From a virus, in the IMG/VR virus record IMGVR_UViG_3300045988_147192, positions 56,187 through 88,186 of that record: DNA of 32,000 nt; one strand, given 5' to 3'. Within the stretch, counting starts at the first letter, position 1. Every line of letters begins with the position of its first letter. Shown piece by piece: positions 9,040-17,159 of the stretch. Made by a program: the position numbers and the translations under genes. The notes beneath the pieces were generated by a model. It saw only the letters and a list, made by a program, of their open reading frames with translations, ran no database searches and was not told the origin of the DNA.

Positions 9040-10504
9040 GATTTTCTCCATTCAGTCTTTCACGAATCTCTTCAAAAGTCTGTTCTTTTACTAATTCTCC
9101 ATCTTTAAAGACGAGTTTCAGTTCATTTTCTTCTGGCATTGTATCTTCTGCATAACCATCATGACACACGAATTTATTTTCTTCTTTTACTACACAGCAA
9201 AGTCCTTTATGAGATTTCTTCAGATTATTTTTATCTGTTTTTGGATTCTTCTGAATGGTATATTCTTTGCCATCAATTACACAATAGGTGCTCTTCATTG
9301 CAAATCCAAAAGTATCTCTTGTTAAGCAAACCATTCCATCTTCTGGCGTACACATTGCAGAGAAAGAAAACGCACCTACTCCAAAAAGAATCGTATCTGC
9401 TGCAAATCCTAATCCTTCAAGCTGTGTCCAAATCTCTTTGATCTTACTGTACTGACAACCATCTCCGTAAATGATTCCAATCTTTGGATTTAACTCCTTA
9501 TAACCTTTTGAGTTTACAGTTCCACCAAAAATCTGATATAATTTCTGAACAGTTTTTACTGAAATTTCAACGATATCGCCGCTATCAGGACGTACAAGGA
9601 ATTTGCCATTATGCTCTTCGATTTCTTTTCTCAGTTTTGGAAGTGTTTCGTCAATAAGGTTCCAGTAATCAAATGTATCAGAGACATAACTGAAAGATGT
9701 ATTCTTATATGTATCAGTCAGTAATCTTCTTAACAGATTTTCTTCTGTCTCGCATACAGCCAGATTACTGCATACGGTTGCATGTTCCAGGCTAACTGCG
9801 CCAATACCAATATGGTTCTTAGCACAATCAGCATCATACATTTTATCAATATACTGAGTTGCAGGAATTGTAGAAGTTTTATTGAAAGATAGCAGCCATG
9901 AAGAACTTGCATGAACTCCGTTCTCAATGCCGAGTCCTCTGAATCCAAAATCCGCCATAGCCATTGCAGGATTAGCACCATCTGTAGTTTTCTCGTAAAA
10001 TTCATTTGCAAGTGTTTTATATTTATGACCTACAGTTGCCCAGTTGCATGTCCCAAAAATAAAAGACTGCATAATGCATTCCAGCCATTGTACCGTCCAT
10101 GCGAAATCCGGATGTGCGTTACTCATCTCGATACACGGGACTCCCATTGTTACAACAGATCCTTCTGGAAGAGCTTTGATCTCTACAGGTAAATACTGCA
10201 GATCCCATAATTTTTCGATACGTCCAAGATCATAACTCTGAGAACCGATCTGATTATCCAGATATTCTTTATATTCTGCAATAACTTCTTTTTTGGGTCT
10301 TTTGAAGAAAGTTTCATTTGCTAAATCAATCATATATTCCTTAATAAAACCCTGTAATCCAAAGAATACAACTTCATTCAGATTTTTGAACATTGATTTT
10401 CTAGGAGTAATATAAGAAGTTAATTTTGTAAGACCCTTTGGAAGAGCATCAGGATTTGTATTTTTATATGTATCTGCCATCAGCATAAAAGAAATGTTTC
10501 TCAT
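9032..10504 (-). CDS. Nicotinamide phosphoribosyltransferase family (NAMPT or NARP1 Namat-like)
   Basis: LMADTYKNT, MADFGFRGLGIENG, KFLVRPDSGDI, GIIYGDG, ILFGVGAFSF, FGFAMKST are NAMPT-family landmarks. ATG at 10504 has GGAGG 7 nt upstream, whereas the ORF track start (10591) would overlap the upstream gene by 86 nt. Confidence 0.92.
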   Translation of the reverse strand: MRNISFMLMADTYKNTNPDALPKGLTKLTSYITPRKSMFKNLNEVVFFGLQGFIKEYMIDLANETFFKRPKKEVIAEYKEYLDNQIGSQSYDLGRIEKLWDLQYLPVEIKALPEGSVVTMGVPCIEMSNAHPDFAWTVQWLECIMQSFIFGTCNWATVGHKYKTLANEFYEKTTDGANPAMAMADFGFRGLGIENGVHASSSWLLSFNKTSTIPATQYIDKMYDADCAKNHIGIGAVSLEHATVCSNLAVCETEENLLRRLLTDTYKNTSFSYVSDTFDYWNLIDETLPKLRKEIEEHNGKFLVRPDSGDIVEISVKTVQKLYQIFGGTVNSKGYKELNPKIGIIYGDGCQYSKIKEIWTQLEGLGFAADTILFGVGAFSFSAMCTPEDGMVCLTRDTFGFAMKSTYCVIDGKEYTIQKNPKTDKNNLKKSHKGLCCVVKEENKFVCHDGYAEDTMPEENELKLVFKDGELVKEQTFEEIRERLNGENHD

Positions 10505-10505
10505 T

Positions 10506-11336
10506 TTAGACCTCCATAACTGTGATTTTATCGTGTTTTCCTGTGAAAAGACTGTCTGTTGTAAATAATCTTTCAACTGTTCCATCTTCAAGTGATTTGA
10601 TTAATGTTCCTTTTCCTCTATCAAGAACTGAATTTTCGGTATGTGATGCATAAGCATAAATTCTATCTACACCACGTTCTTTCAACGCTTTTGCACTATA
10701 ATATAAAGAACCGCCATATGAAATGATGTCATCAATCATCAAAACTTTTTTACCTTTAAGATCAATATCGTTATCTCTGATTTTGAGTCCAAGAATTTTT
10801 CCTGTATTCCAATCTCGATTTTTCTCACCATAGCAATACGGAATGTCAGAAAACAATCCAGAATATCTTTTCGAACTACCGGTATCCGGAAAATAAAGAA
10901 TAAGATTTTCTTTACTAATCTGCTCAATTACTTCATCAATATATTCTCTTGGATTAAAAACATATACTCTATTCAAAAGCGCTGCTCCAACATTACTATG
11001 AACATCAAGTACCTCTACTCTGTCAAATTCGAGCCAATTAATAACATCAGCGAACCCTTTTAATGTAAAAACCTCGCCCTGATCATGGATTCTGTCCATT
11101 CTGGCATTCGGAAGATAAAACATTGTAAGATCAATTGATTTAATATATGGAAAATTTTTTAAATGTTTTGTAATATAAATCAGCGCTGAAAGTTCTTCTT
11201 CTTTCTCATACTTCCATGTAATGTTGTTATATTTCTGATAAAAACAATCGTCTAATACGATTCTCTGTGTTCCATCTGGAAAGTGTTCTACTTTTACTTC
11301 TTTCCCATTTAAAATGATCATATCTTTATTCTCCAA
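10506..11336 (-). CDS. Ribose-phosphate pyrophosphokinase-like protein; candidate ADP-ribose pyrophosphate synthetase (Adps-like)
   Basis: YLPNARMDR...EVFTLKGFADVINWLEFDRVEVLDVHS parallels the Prs YxxxARQDR/DLH region; VLMIDDIISYGGSL is a PRPP-binding loop. Confidence 0.85.
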   Translation of the reverse strand: MENKDMIILNGKEVKVEHFPDGTQRIVLDDCFYQKYNNITWKYEKEEELSALIYITKHLKNFPYIKSIDLTMFYLPNARMDRIHDQGEVFTLKGFADVINWLEFDRVEVLDVHSNVGAALLNRVYVFNPREYIDEVIEQISKENLILYFPDTGSSKRYSGLFSDIPYCYGEKNRDWNTGKILGLKIRDNDIDLKGKKVLMIDDIISYGGSLYYSAKALKERGVDRIYAYASHTENSVLDRGKGTLIKSLEDGTVERLFTTDSLFTGKHDKITVMEV

Positions 11337-11838
11337 TCACATTAATCTGGCAGCTTTTCATGGCTTCGAGTGCCGCCTTATGTTTTTCTGGTGTAGATCC
11401 CGCGCAACAGCCTGCGTCTACTGTAATTTCCGTATTTGGAAACATAGCTTTAAGGACTAATGCATTTGAAATTACACATATATCCGTACACAAACCGACC
11501 AGATCGATATCACCATCTCCAATCCATGTCATATTTCTCCACTGCAAAGTTCCAAAAGTACTTTTGTTTACATATCTGCAGTTAGGAACCTCAATGTCGC
11601 TCACAACCTTCCATCCTCTTGTTCCAAAAACACAATGTTTTACTGGAAGTTTTCTTCCCTCCAGAGTATTTAAGTAATCGTCATAATGCGTATCTCTTGT
11701 AAAAATAATTTGATCTCCACGATTATAATACTCTTCAATTTTCTTTTTCACATTCGGAATAATCGCCTGTGCTTCTTCCGATCCAAGGCTACCATTTACG
11801 AAATCATTCTGCACATCTACTACAATTAAAGTTCTCAT
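11326..11838 (-). CDS. pncA: Nicotinamidase/isochorismatase family hydrolase
   Basis: VVDVQNDF (Asp), FTRDTH...KHCVFGTRG, VNKSTFG (Lys), GLCTDICV (Cys) fit the Asp-Lys-Cys triad and metal-site spacing of nicotinamidases. Confidence 0.85.
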   Translation of the reverse strand: MRTLIVVDVQNDFVNGSLGSEEAQAIIPNVKKKIEEYYNRGDQIIFTRDTHYDDYLNTLEGRKLPVKHCVFGTRGWKVVSDIEVPNCRYVNKSTFGTLQWRNMTWIGDGDIDLVGLCTDICVISNALVLKAMFPNTEITVDAGCCAGSTPEKHKAALEAMKSCQINVIGE

Positions 11839-12041
11839 TGTTTATTCTCCTCTCTTACTTCGTCAAATCTCTTTACCCAGTCCTCAAATGACACATCGTC
11901 TCCCACTGTGCCATCGTATTTACACATCCAATATAGAGTTTTCTTTCTCTCGTATTCCAAGTCATCTCTTAAATTATGAATAATTGATTGAGCAAAATCT
12001 TTCATGTGATTGTATTCGCTTTTTAAGACTAATCCAAACAT
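11835..12041 (-). CDS. Hypothetical protein, 68 aa
   Basis: 4-nt overlap with the nicotinamidase start. Confidence 0.55.
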   Translation of the reverse strand: MFGLVLKSEYNHMKDFAQSIIHNLRDDLEYERKKTLYWMCKYDGTVGDDVSFEDWVKRFDEVREENKQ

Positions 12042-12178
12042 TAAATTTCCTCTTTATCTTCTGCAAGTTTATTCCAAACACTTGCAATCTCATCATTTAC
12101 TTCACAAGTTGTTTTACCTTCAATTGAAATTCCAATTCTATCAAGATATTCCTTTAATTCAGACATCGTGTTTTCCAT
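12041..12178 (-). CDS. Small hypothetical protein, 45 aa (not in ORF track)
   Basis: Manual translation MENTMSELKEYLDRIGISIEGKTTCEVNDEIASVWNKLAEDKEEI*. Confidence 0.5.
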   Translation of the reverse strand: MENTMSELKEYLDRIGISIEGKTTCEVNDEIASVWNKLAEDKEEI

Positions 12179-12203
12179 TATTTTTTCCTCACTTTCCAAA
12201 ATT

Positions 12204-12368
12204 TTAGTAATCGTTACTAATTTCTAATTTCGATTCTTTTTCGAATCTATTTACATATTCTCTGACACGTTCGTATGCTGTAGGAACACTAATATGTTCT
12301 TTTAGTAAAAGTTCTTCTACAGCTGCTCGTTCAATAAGAATTTTTCGATCGTGTTCTTCTTGCGTCAT
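12204..12368 (-). CDS. Small hypothetical protein, 54 aa (not in ORF track)
   Basis: Manual translation MTQEEHDRKILIERAAVEELLLKEHISVPTAYERVREYVNRFEKESKLEISNDY*; AAGGTGA upstream. Confidence 0.55.
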   Translation of the reverse strand: MTQEEHDRKILIERAAVEELLLKEHISVPTAYERVREYVNRFEKESKLEISNDY

Positions 12369-12387
12369 AATAATCACCTTATAAGTT

Positions 12388-12416
12388 TGGCTGACCAGTT
12401 TTATACCAGCCAGCCA
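12388..12416 (-). other. Intergenic hairpin, 12-bp stem on minus-strand RNA
   Basis: Minus: TGGCTGGCTGGT-ATAAA-ACTGGTCAGCCA; all 12 positions pair if three G-U wobbles are allowed. Confidence 0.55.
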
Positions 12417-12421
12417 TTTTT

Positions 12422-12802
12422 TTAATCTAATTCATCAAGCATTTTCTGCAGATCTTCTACGGAAGCGTTTCGAAGTGCTTCATCCTGTTTTGTAGCAATA
12501 ATCTGCATAATCTTCTGTTTCTTCTCTTTACGTTCTGCAGCTTCCTGCTGATTTTTCTTTTCTTCGAGTTTCTCATTAAAGATATATTTTACAATCTCAA
12601 TCTTTGTCGCAAGAATATCATCTTCCGCGGATTTGGTCTGAAGCAGACTTTCTTCATCCGTCTTCTTTACTTCTGCATTCAGCGTCTTAAACACTGTATC
12701 CAGCGATCCCAGCGGAAGATCATACAAGTCTTCTACTGTAATCTGTCCTTTATACGGGAAACGATATTTACCTTTTACTGCTTTTTCAAACATATTACTC
12801 AT
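12422..12802 (-). CDS. Hypothetical protein, 126 aa, charged/helical C-terminus
   Basis: ORF just downstream of the 687-aa gene. Confidence 0.65.
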   Translation of the reverse strand: MSNMFEKAVKGKYRFPYKGQITVEDLYDLPLGSLDTVFKTLNAEVKKTDEESLLQTKSAEDDILATKIEIVKYIFNEKLEEKKNQQEAAERKEKKQKIMQIIATKQDEALRNASVEDLQKMLDELD

Positions 12803-12820
12803 AATTCATATTCTCCTTTA

Positions 12821-14884
12821 TTAAAATTTAATTTTAATGATTCTTTCTGTTGCACCTTTTACTTTAACGATAAGCTCATTGCGCTGCGTCAGACTAAAAC
12901 CAACACCAGAGAGCTGATCATCTACGTCTGTTACACTACACTTTGCGCCAAGTGCTTCAAATACTTTACGATGTGGAATTAATTCATTCTTAAGATATTC
13001 CACAAAGAAACCATTCGGTTGTTCTGAATTTACGCATCCATTCAGGAAGAAGAAAAGATGTTTATTCCCGATTCCATTCTGCTCATCAAAATAGTTCGGG
13101 CTGTAACTGATTACAGATACAGGTGTAAACTGATTTGTCTGTACTCCCCATACTTCTCTACTAGAAGTAGCCGAGTGACCAAAAAGTTTTTCTTTGATGG
13201 TAAAGTTTCCGTTCTTATCCATAATTACTTCTGCGACGTCTACGTCTCCACGCACTGGGTTATTGTATTCAAACGAATAGATCTCGCCATCGAATTCAAT
13301 TTCTGCTTTAAATCCTTTACTTCCTCGACTAGCAAACTGATGTACAAAAAATTTATAAACACCTGGCATCATTTTTAATTTATTCTGCCAAGTAATATTC
13401 TCTACTGCCGGTTTACCTGGCATCTGATTCATTGGCTGTGTAATATCAATATCAAGCTGTCCACCGAGTTTTGACTTACGTGGTTTTCTATCACTACCAA
13501 AATAGATTTCATGACCATTTGGTTCAATACAATGCGCATCGAGATCACTGTTATCGTTCTGATCCTCGTTCCACATAATAGAAAATCTAAGCACACCATC
13601 TACATTTCCACCTGCATTTTTTACATTCTGTTTGATATCAGAATCGGTAATGTTTCCTGTATATGCCCAGCTCAGACCATTGTTCCATTTGAACATTGTT
13701 TTGGCATCCGAATTTTCTGGCGCAATTAAAGAAACAAAATTCTTTTCATGTTTATTCTCTACAAATACTTCAACCTCTTTCGCAGTCGGAAGAACCTTTT
13801 CTACGAAATCCTGTGCAGTCACTTCTTCTACTCTAGAGAATTTCTTTGGATTAACTGCTACAGATTTTGACATCTCTGTAAAAATGTCTTCTCCACCAGA
13901 AATTCTCTTCGCTGCATCTTTATTAGAAAATAGAATATTATTTACTGTGATATCATCCAGATTTGCAAAGCGACGTTTCAGAGAATCCATATATCCAAGT
14001 TCTGTCAACGTTTTCTTTGCATCGTCCAGCATTCTCTGAGTATAAATTGGCTTACTCCTTTTATAGTTGCTGGGTGCTACAATCTGCTCGTATTTCTTTA
14101 CTGCAAGATCGAGGCCCATTCCTTCGCTTACATTTACAAGTAGTGTTCCAATAGAATGATTTCTGATTTTACCAATAACGGCTCCTGCTTTTAGAGATTT
14201 CTCCCAGGCATAAAGATTTTTCTCTTCTTCCGGAATTTTGTCGTATTCCTTTTTGTATTTCTTGAATTCAACCAGCGGAATCCTCCACTCTGCTCCACGA
14301 TACAGCGTATTGGAATTAATCAGCTCAAGAATTGTTTCCACAGAATCCATAGTGATCTCATCCAGAGAACGTTTAAATACGTTTTTAATATCTCTGTATT
14401 CACCATGGATATTACCTGCAGATCTACGAGAGTCAAATACAAACTTATCAGGAAGTCTCATATAAAAGTGATCCCACTGATGAGATTTTCCGTTGATCAT
14501 TTCAAAGTTCTTATCTGTGCCAATATTTTTAAACTGACTTACAAAAACATCGACTACCTCTTCGTTATGGATAAGTTTGGAAAGTGCCTTGACTACCGGC
14601 TCATAAATAGTTCCAGACATATCTACATCCCAAATACTTTCCATTTTATTATCCTTGATTACAACCACAGCGCCGATTGTACGAATGAACTGGCGGCAGC
14701 AGGTACAGTCATGTTCTCTTCTCTCTCTAAAAATATTGTTCGTTCCTGGCGCAAAGCTATCAAGATATGTATCCCAAAGTTTATCCTTATCTACATTTAC
14801 TTCGAATAATTTATCTGCGTCCTTGGTCATCTCCACAAAATGTTTCTGAAGTTTTTCTTTAAAAATTACGAACTGATCTAACAT
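12821..14884 (-). CDS. Large protein of unknown function with a C-terminal DUF2135/YfaP-like region
   Basis: 687 aa; NSDLDAHCIEPNGHEIYFGS...GGQLDIDITQP...PGVYKFFVHQF resembles the 'DLDLHV-xEPNGExIxY' module; N-terminal HDCTCCRQFI cysteine motif. Confidence 0.8.
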   Translation of the reverse strand: MLDQFVIFKEKLQKHFVEMTKDADKLFEVNVDKDKLWDTYLDSFAPGTNNIFRERREHDCTCCRQFIRTIGAVVVIKDNKMESIWDVDMSGTIYEPVVKALSKLIHNEEVVDVFVSQFKNIGTDKNFEMINGKSHQWDHFYMRLPDKFVFDSRRSAGNIHGEYRDIKNVFKRSLDEITMDSVETILELINSNTLYRGAEWRIPLVEFKKYKKEYDKIPEEEKNLYAWEKSLKAGAVIGKIRNHSIGTLLVNVSEGMGLDLAVKKYEQIVAPSNYKRSKPIYTQRMLDDAKKTLTELGYMDSLKRRFANLDDITVNNILFSNKDAAKRISGGEDIFTEMSKSVAVNPKKFSRVEEVTAQDFVEKVLPTAKEVEVFVENKHEKNFVSLIAPENSDAKTMFKWNNGLSWAYTGNITDSDIKQNVKNAGGNVDGVLRFSIMWNEDQNDNSDLDAHCIEPNGHEIYFGSDRKPRKSKLGGQLDIDITQPMNQMPGKPAVENITWQNKLKMMPGVYKFFVHQFASRGSKGFKAEIEFDGEIYSFEYNNPVRGDVDVAEVIMDKNGNFTIKEKLFGHSATSSREVWGVQTNQFTPVSVISYSPNYFDEQNGIGNKHLFFFLNGCVNSEQPNGFFVEYLKNELIPHRKVFEALGAKCSVTDVDDQLSGVGFSLTQRNELIVKVKGATERIIKIKF

Positions 14885-14924
14885 GTTTTTTCTCCTTCTT
14901 TATGTTTTTCTTCTATTTTATTTT

Positions 14925-15722
14925 CTATGCTTCTGCTTTCTTTTCTTCAAATTCTCTCATAGCCTGAAGATATGCTTCTTTCTGAACTGCAATTTGTTCA
15001 TTCTTTCTCTCTTCTGCTCTTCTTGCACGACGTCTTTCATTTCTCTCATGACGTTTCTGTTTCTGGCGAAGCTTAATTTCTTCCTCTTCTTTGTCTAACG
15101 CAGCAAGTTTTTGCTGACATTCATATACTTTCAGAGCATTCTTGACTTTGGATACATAAGATTTTTCATATTTAAACTCATCAGCTTTCTTCTCAATACC
15201 TTCTAGCGTATACACGTCATTATATTGTCGTTTTGCATATGTGATGTATAATGCTCTTTCAAGAGAGAATGTATCATTTTTGTCGCATACTGTTTTTACT
15301 TTTGCTTTCGTCCAAAGATCAACATTGAAAGTCACTTCCACTACTCGATTTGGCACAATAATATTGACAGAGCATACACCCGACTTATAGATATACTCTT
15401 CCATTTTGTTTTCAATACGTTCCCTCTGTGTTAATCCTACTTTCTGTTTTCTCATTTCTTTGTTCTCCTTTTCAGCGTTGAATGTAAATGTATCATTTTT
15501 ATTTCCTGAGTCAGAGTTTGCAACAACTTTTTCAAGACACTCTTCTTTAAATATAAAATTAGCACCGCAATTTAACTTATATTCACTAAAATCAGAATAC
15601 AATATCATTTCAGTTATGATATATTTATGCCCACAGTAACATTTCATATTTGGCATAAAACTAGGACAATCAATGTCTTTATAATCCTTAACTCTTACAA
15701 TATCTCCTACTTTGAAACTCAT
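14925..15722 (-). CDS. Hypothetical protein, N-terminal SH3/KOW-like plus coiled coil
   Basis: 265 aa; starts MSFKVGDIVRVKDY; basic/glutamate-rich helical C-terminus. Confidence 0.65.
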   Translation of the reverse strand: MSFKVGDIVRVKDYKDIDCPSFMPNMKCYCGHKYIITEMILYSDFSEYKLNCGANFIFKEECLEKVVANSDSGNKNDTFTFNAEKENKEMRKQKVGLTQRERIENKMEEYIYKSGVCSVNIIVPNRVVEVTFNVDLWTKAKVKTVCDKNDTFSLERALYITYAKRQYNDVYTLEGIEKKADEFKYEKSYVSKVKNALKVYECQQKLAALDKEEEEIKLRQKQKRHERNERRRARRAEERKNEQIAVQKEAYLQAMREFEEKKAEA

Positions 15723-15728
15723 GTTTCA

Positions 15729-16184
15729 TCACTCCTTTACTTTTTTTGACATTAATTCTTTATACTCTTCCAGAAGCTTTGCAAATCCTGAATCCGTTTC
15801 TGCAAAAATCTCATATTTTTTATCATCTTTTGTTGACTGAATAATATTATCCATCATTTGTCTTAACTGATGTTTCTTATATTGTATTTTTGCTAATTCT
15901 TTTCGTCTTTTCTCTCGATCTTCGTAGGCCGTCATATCAATAGCGCTTGGATTGATTTTACAAACAATTTCCTGTGTGATTTTTTCATTTTCATGAACAT
16001 GCGTCATATCATCCAACGTAAGAATATTTTGAATTGTTAAAATTTGACCTCTACGATAGCCAGTAACTAATACTTTATCTCCTTTTTCGTATTTATAGCC
16101 GTCGTTATAAATTGCAAAATATTCTTCCTTCCCCATAAGATTAATTCCTGCTACGGCTATATAGCCTGTTAATTCTTTTGCCAT
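15729..16184 (-). CDS. Hypothetical protein, 151 aa
   Basis: MAKELTGYIAVAGINLMGKEEYFAIYNDGYKYEKGDKVLVTG. Confidence 0.65.
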   Translation of the reverse strand: MAKELTGYIAVAGINLMGKEEYFAIYNDGYKYEKGDKVLVTGYRRGQILTIQNILTLDDMTHVHENEKITQEIVCKINPSAIDMTAYEDREKRRKELAKIQYKKHQLRQMMDNIIQSTKDDKKYEIFAETDSGFAKLLEEYKELMSKKVKE

Positions 16185-16231
16185 GTTTTACTCCTTCTTT
16201 CTGTTTATATATTCTCCGAAATATAAGTTCT

Positions 16232-16792
16232 TTACAGTACTTCATCCACGATCCCATACTCAATCGCCTTATCCGAATGAATATAGAAGTCCTTCTTCTT
16301 TTCACGAATGTCAGCAATATCTTCTTTCGTCAGATTTGTTCTTTCCAAAACATAGTCCTCAATCTGTTTATTGAGATTGTCCATCTCAACCCTATCCTCA
16401 AGCAGATCTTGATACTTTCCGCTTCTTTTACAATGTATCTGATGATACATGAAAGTAGAATGCTTGTAACAATACCTTTTATGACCTGCTAAGAAGATAT
16501 CAAATGCTGCACTCATGGCATATCCCATACAATATGTGTGAATCGGCGTTTTGCTATTCTGAATAACATCAATCAGCGCCCACATATCATAAATAGTTCC
16601 ACCGCAGGAATTAATGTACAATTTAATTGGATCGCGCTTGTAATCCTTTTCTTTTTTATCTTTTTCATTGTCTTCATTAATCTGATAAAGCATCTCCCAA
16701 ATCAGCTTCCCAACCGATTCATTGTCAACATCATCTGACAGAAAAAATGTTCTTGTATTTGTGTTTGTGTATGTATTGTCTTTTGAACTCAT
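16232..16792 (-). CDS. clpP: ClpP-like serine protease
   Basis: KLYINSCGGTIYDM, GYAMSAAFDIFLAG (Ser), HSTFMYHQI (His), KKDFYIHSDKAIEYGIVDEVL (Asp). Confidence 0.88.
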   Translation of the reverse strand: MSSKDNTYTNTNTRTFFLSDDVDNESVGKLIWEMLYQINEDNEKDKKEKDYKRDPIKLYINSCGGTIYDMWALIDVIQNSKTPIHTYCMGYAMSAAFDIFLAGHKRYCYKHSTFMYHQIHCKRSGKYQDLLEDRVEMDNLNKQIEDYVLERTNLTKEDIADIREKKKDFYIHSDKAIEYGIVDEVL

Positions 16793-16847
16793 AACTACTC
16801 CTCTTTATTATTTTTAAAATGTGCCTTTCATCACATTTTATATTTCA

Positions 16848-16968
16848 GTCATGTGATTTGAAATGCCTAAAAATGGATGGGCGACGTAACCATCATCTCA
16901 GGTACTCTTTCCAGAGTGCGTCGGGAACCATTTCCGACCTCATTTTTAGGCATGTTAAATCGCATGAC
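16848..16968 (+). ncRNA. Candidate structured RNA/DNA element: 28-bp basal stem with three internal hairpins
   Basis: Arms 16848-16875 and 16941-16968: 27/28 positions paired (2 G-U, 1 A-G mismatch in plus sense). Inner hairpins gatgg/ccatc (16876-16880/16890-16894), actct/agagt (16904-16908/16913-16917), gtcggga/tttccgac with one G-U (16920-16926/16932-16938). Confidence 0.5.
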
Positions 16969-16981
16969 CTACTATTCTCCG

Positions 16982-17137
16982 TTAGTATATTCCGAAAAAG
17001 CTATACACTAGCTCAACCACAGTAGTTACAATAATAGTGATCCATAAAGCCTTTTCACTTTTTCGTTCTGGATTCTCTTCAATTAGATTTAATCAGGCGA
17101 AGATAATTAGAATGATTCTTAAAATTGTAAGTAGTAT
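16982..17137 (-). pseudogene. Apparently degraded small membrane-protein ORF (ATA start position, one in-frame TGA)
   Basis: Minus frame after AGAGGTG reads (I)LLTILRIILIIFA*LNLIEENPERKSEKALWITIIVTTVVELVYSFFGIY*. Confidence 0.4.
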
Positions 17138-17159
17138 ATTTTCACCTCTTTTCTTTTAT

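Noticed and set aside
10739-10927. Minus-strand 62-aa ORF inside the Prs-like gene, and 9730..10011 inside the NAMPT-like gene
   Set aside because: Alternate-frame shadows of clearly homologous enzymes.
14405-14849. Several plus-strand ORFs antisense to the 687-aa gene
   Set aside because: They lie entirely opposite a long, compositionally normal minus-strand gene, have no recognisable motifs and no convincing ribosome-binding sites.
16848-16968. Reading the multi-hairpin element as a tRNA
   Set aside because: The basal stem is 28 bp rather than 7 bp, and the arms and loops lack the D-, anticodon- and T-loop signatures.
16982-17137. Interpreting the in-frame TGA as alternative genetic code or selenocysteine
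   Set aside because: All other genes in the window read cleanly with TGA as stop, and several use TGA as terminator; the ATG is also missing, so decay is more likely.
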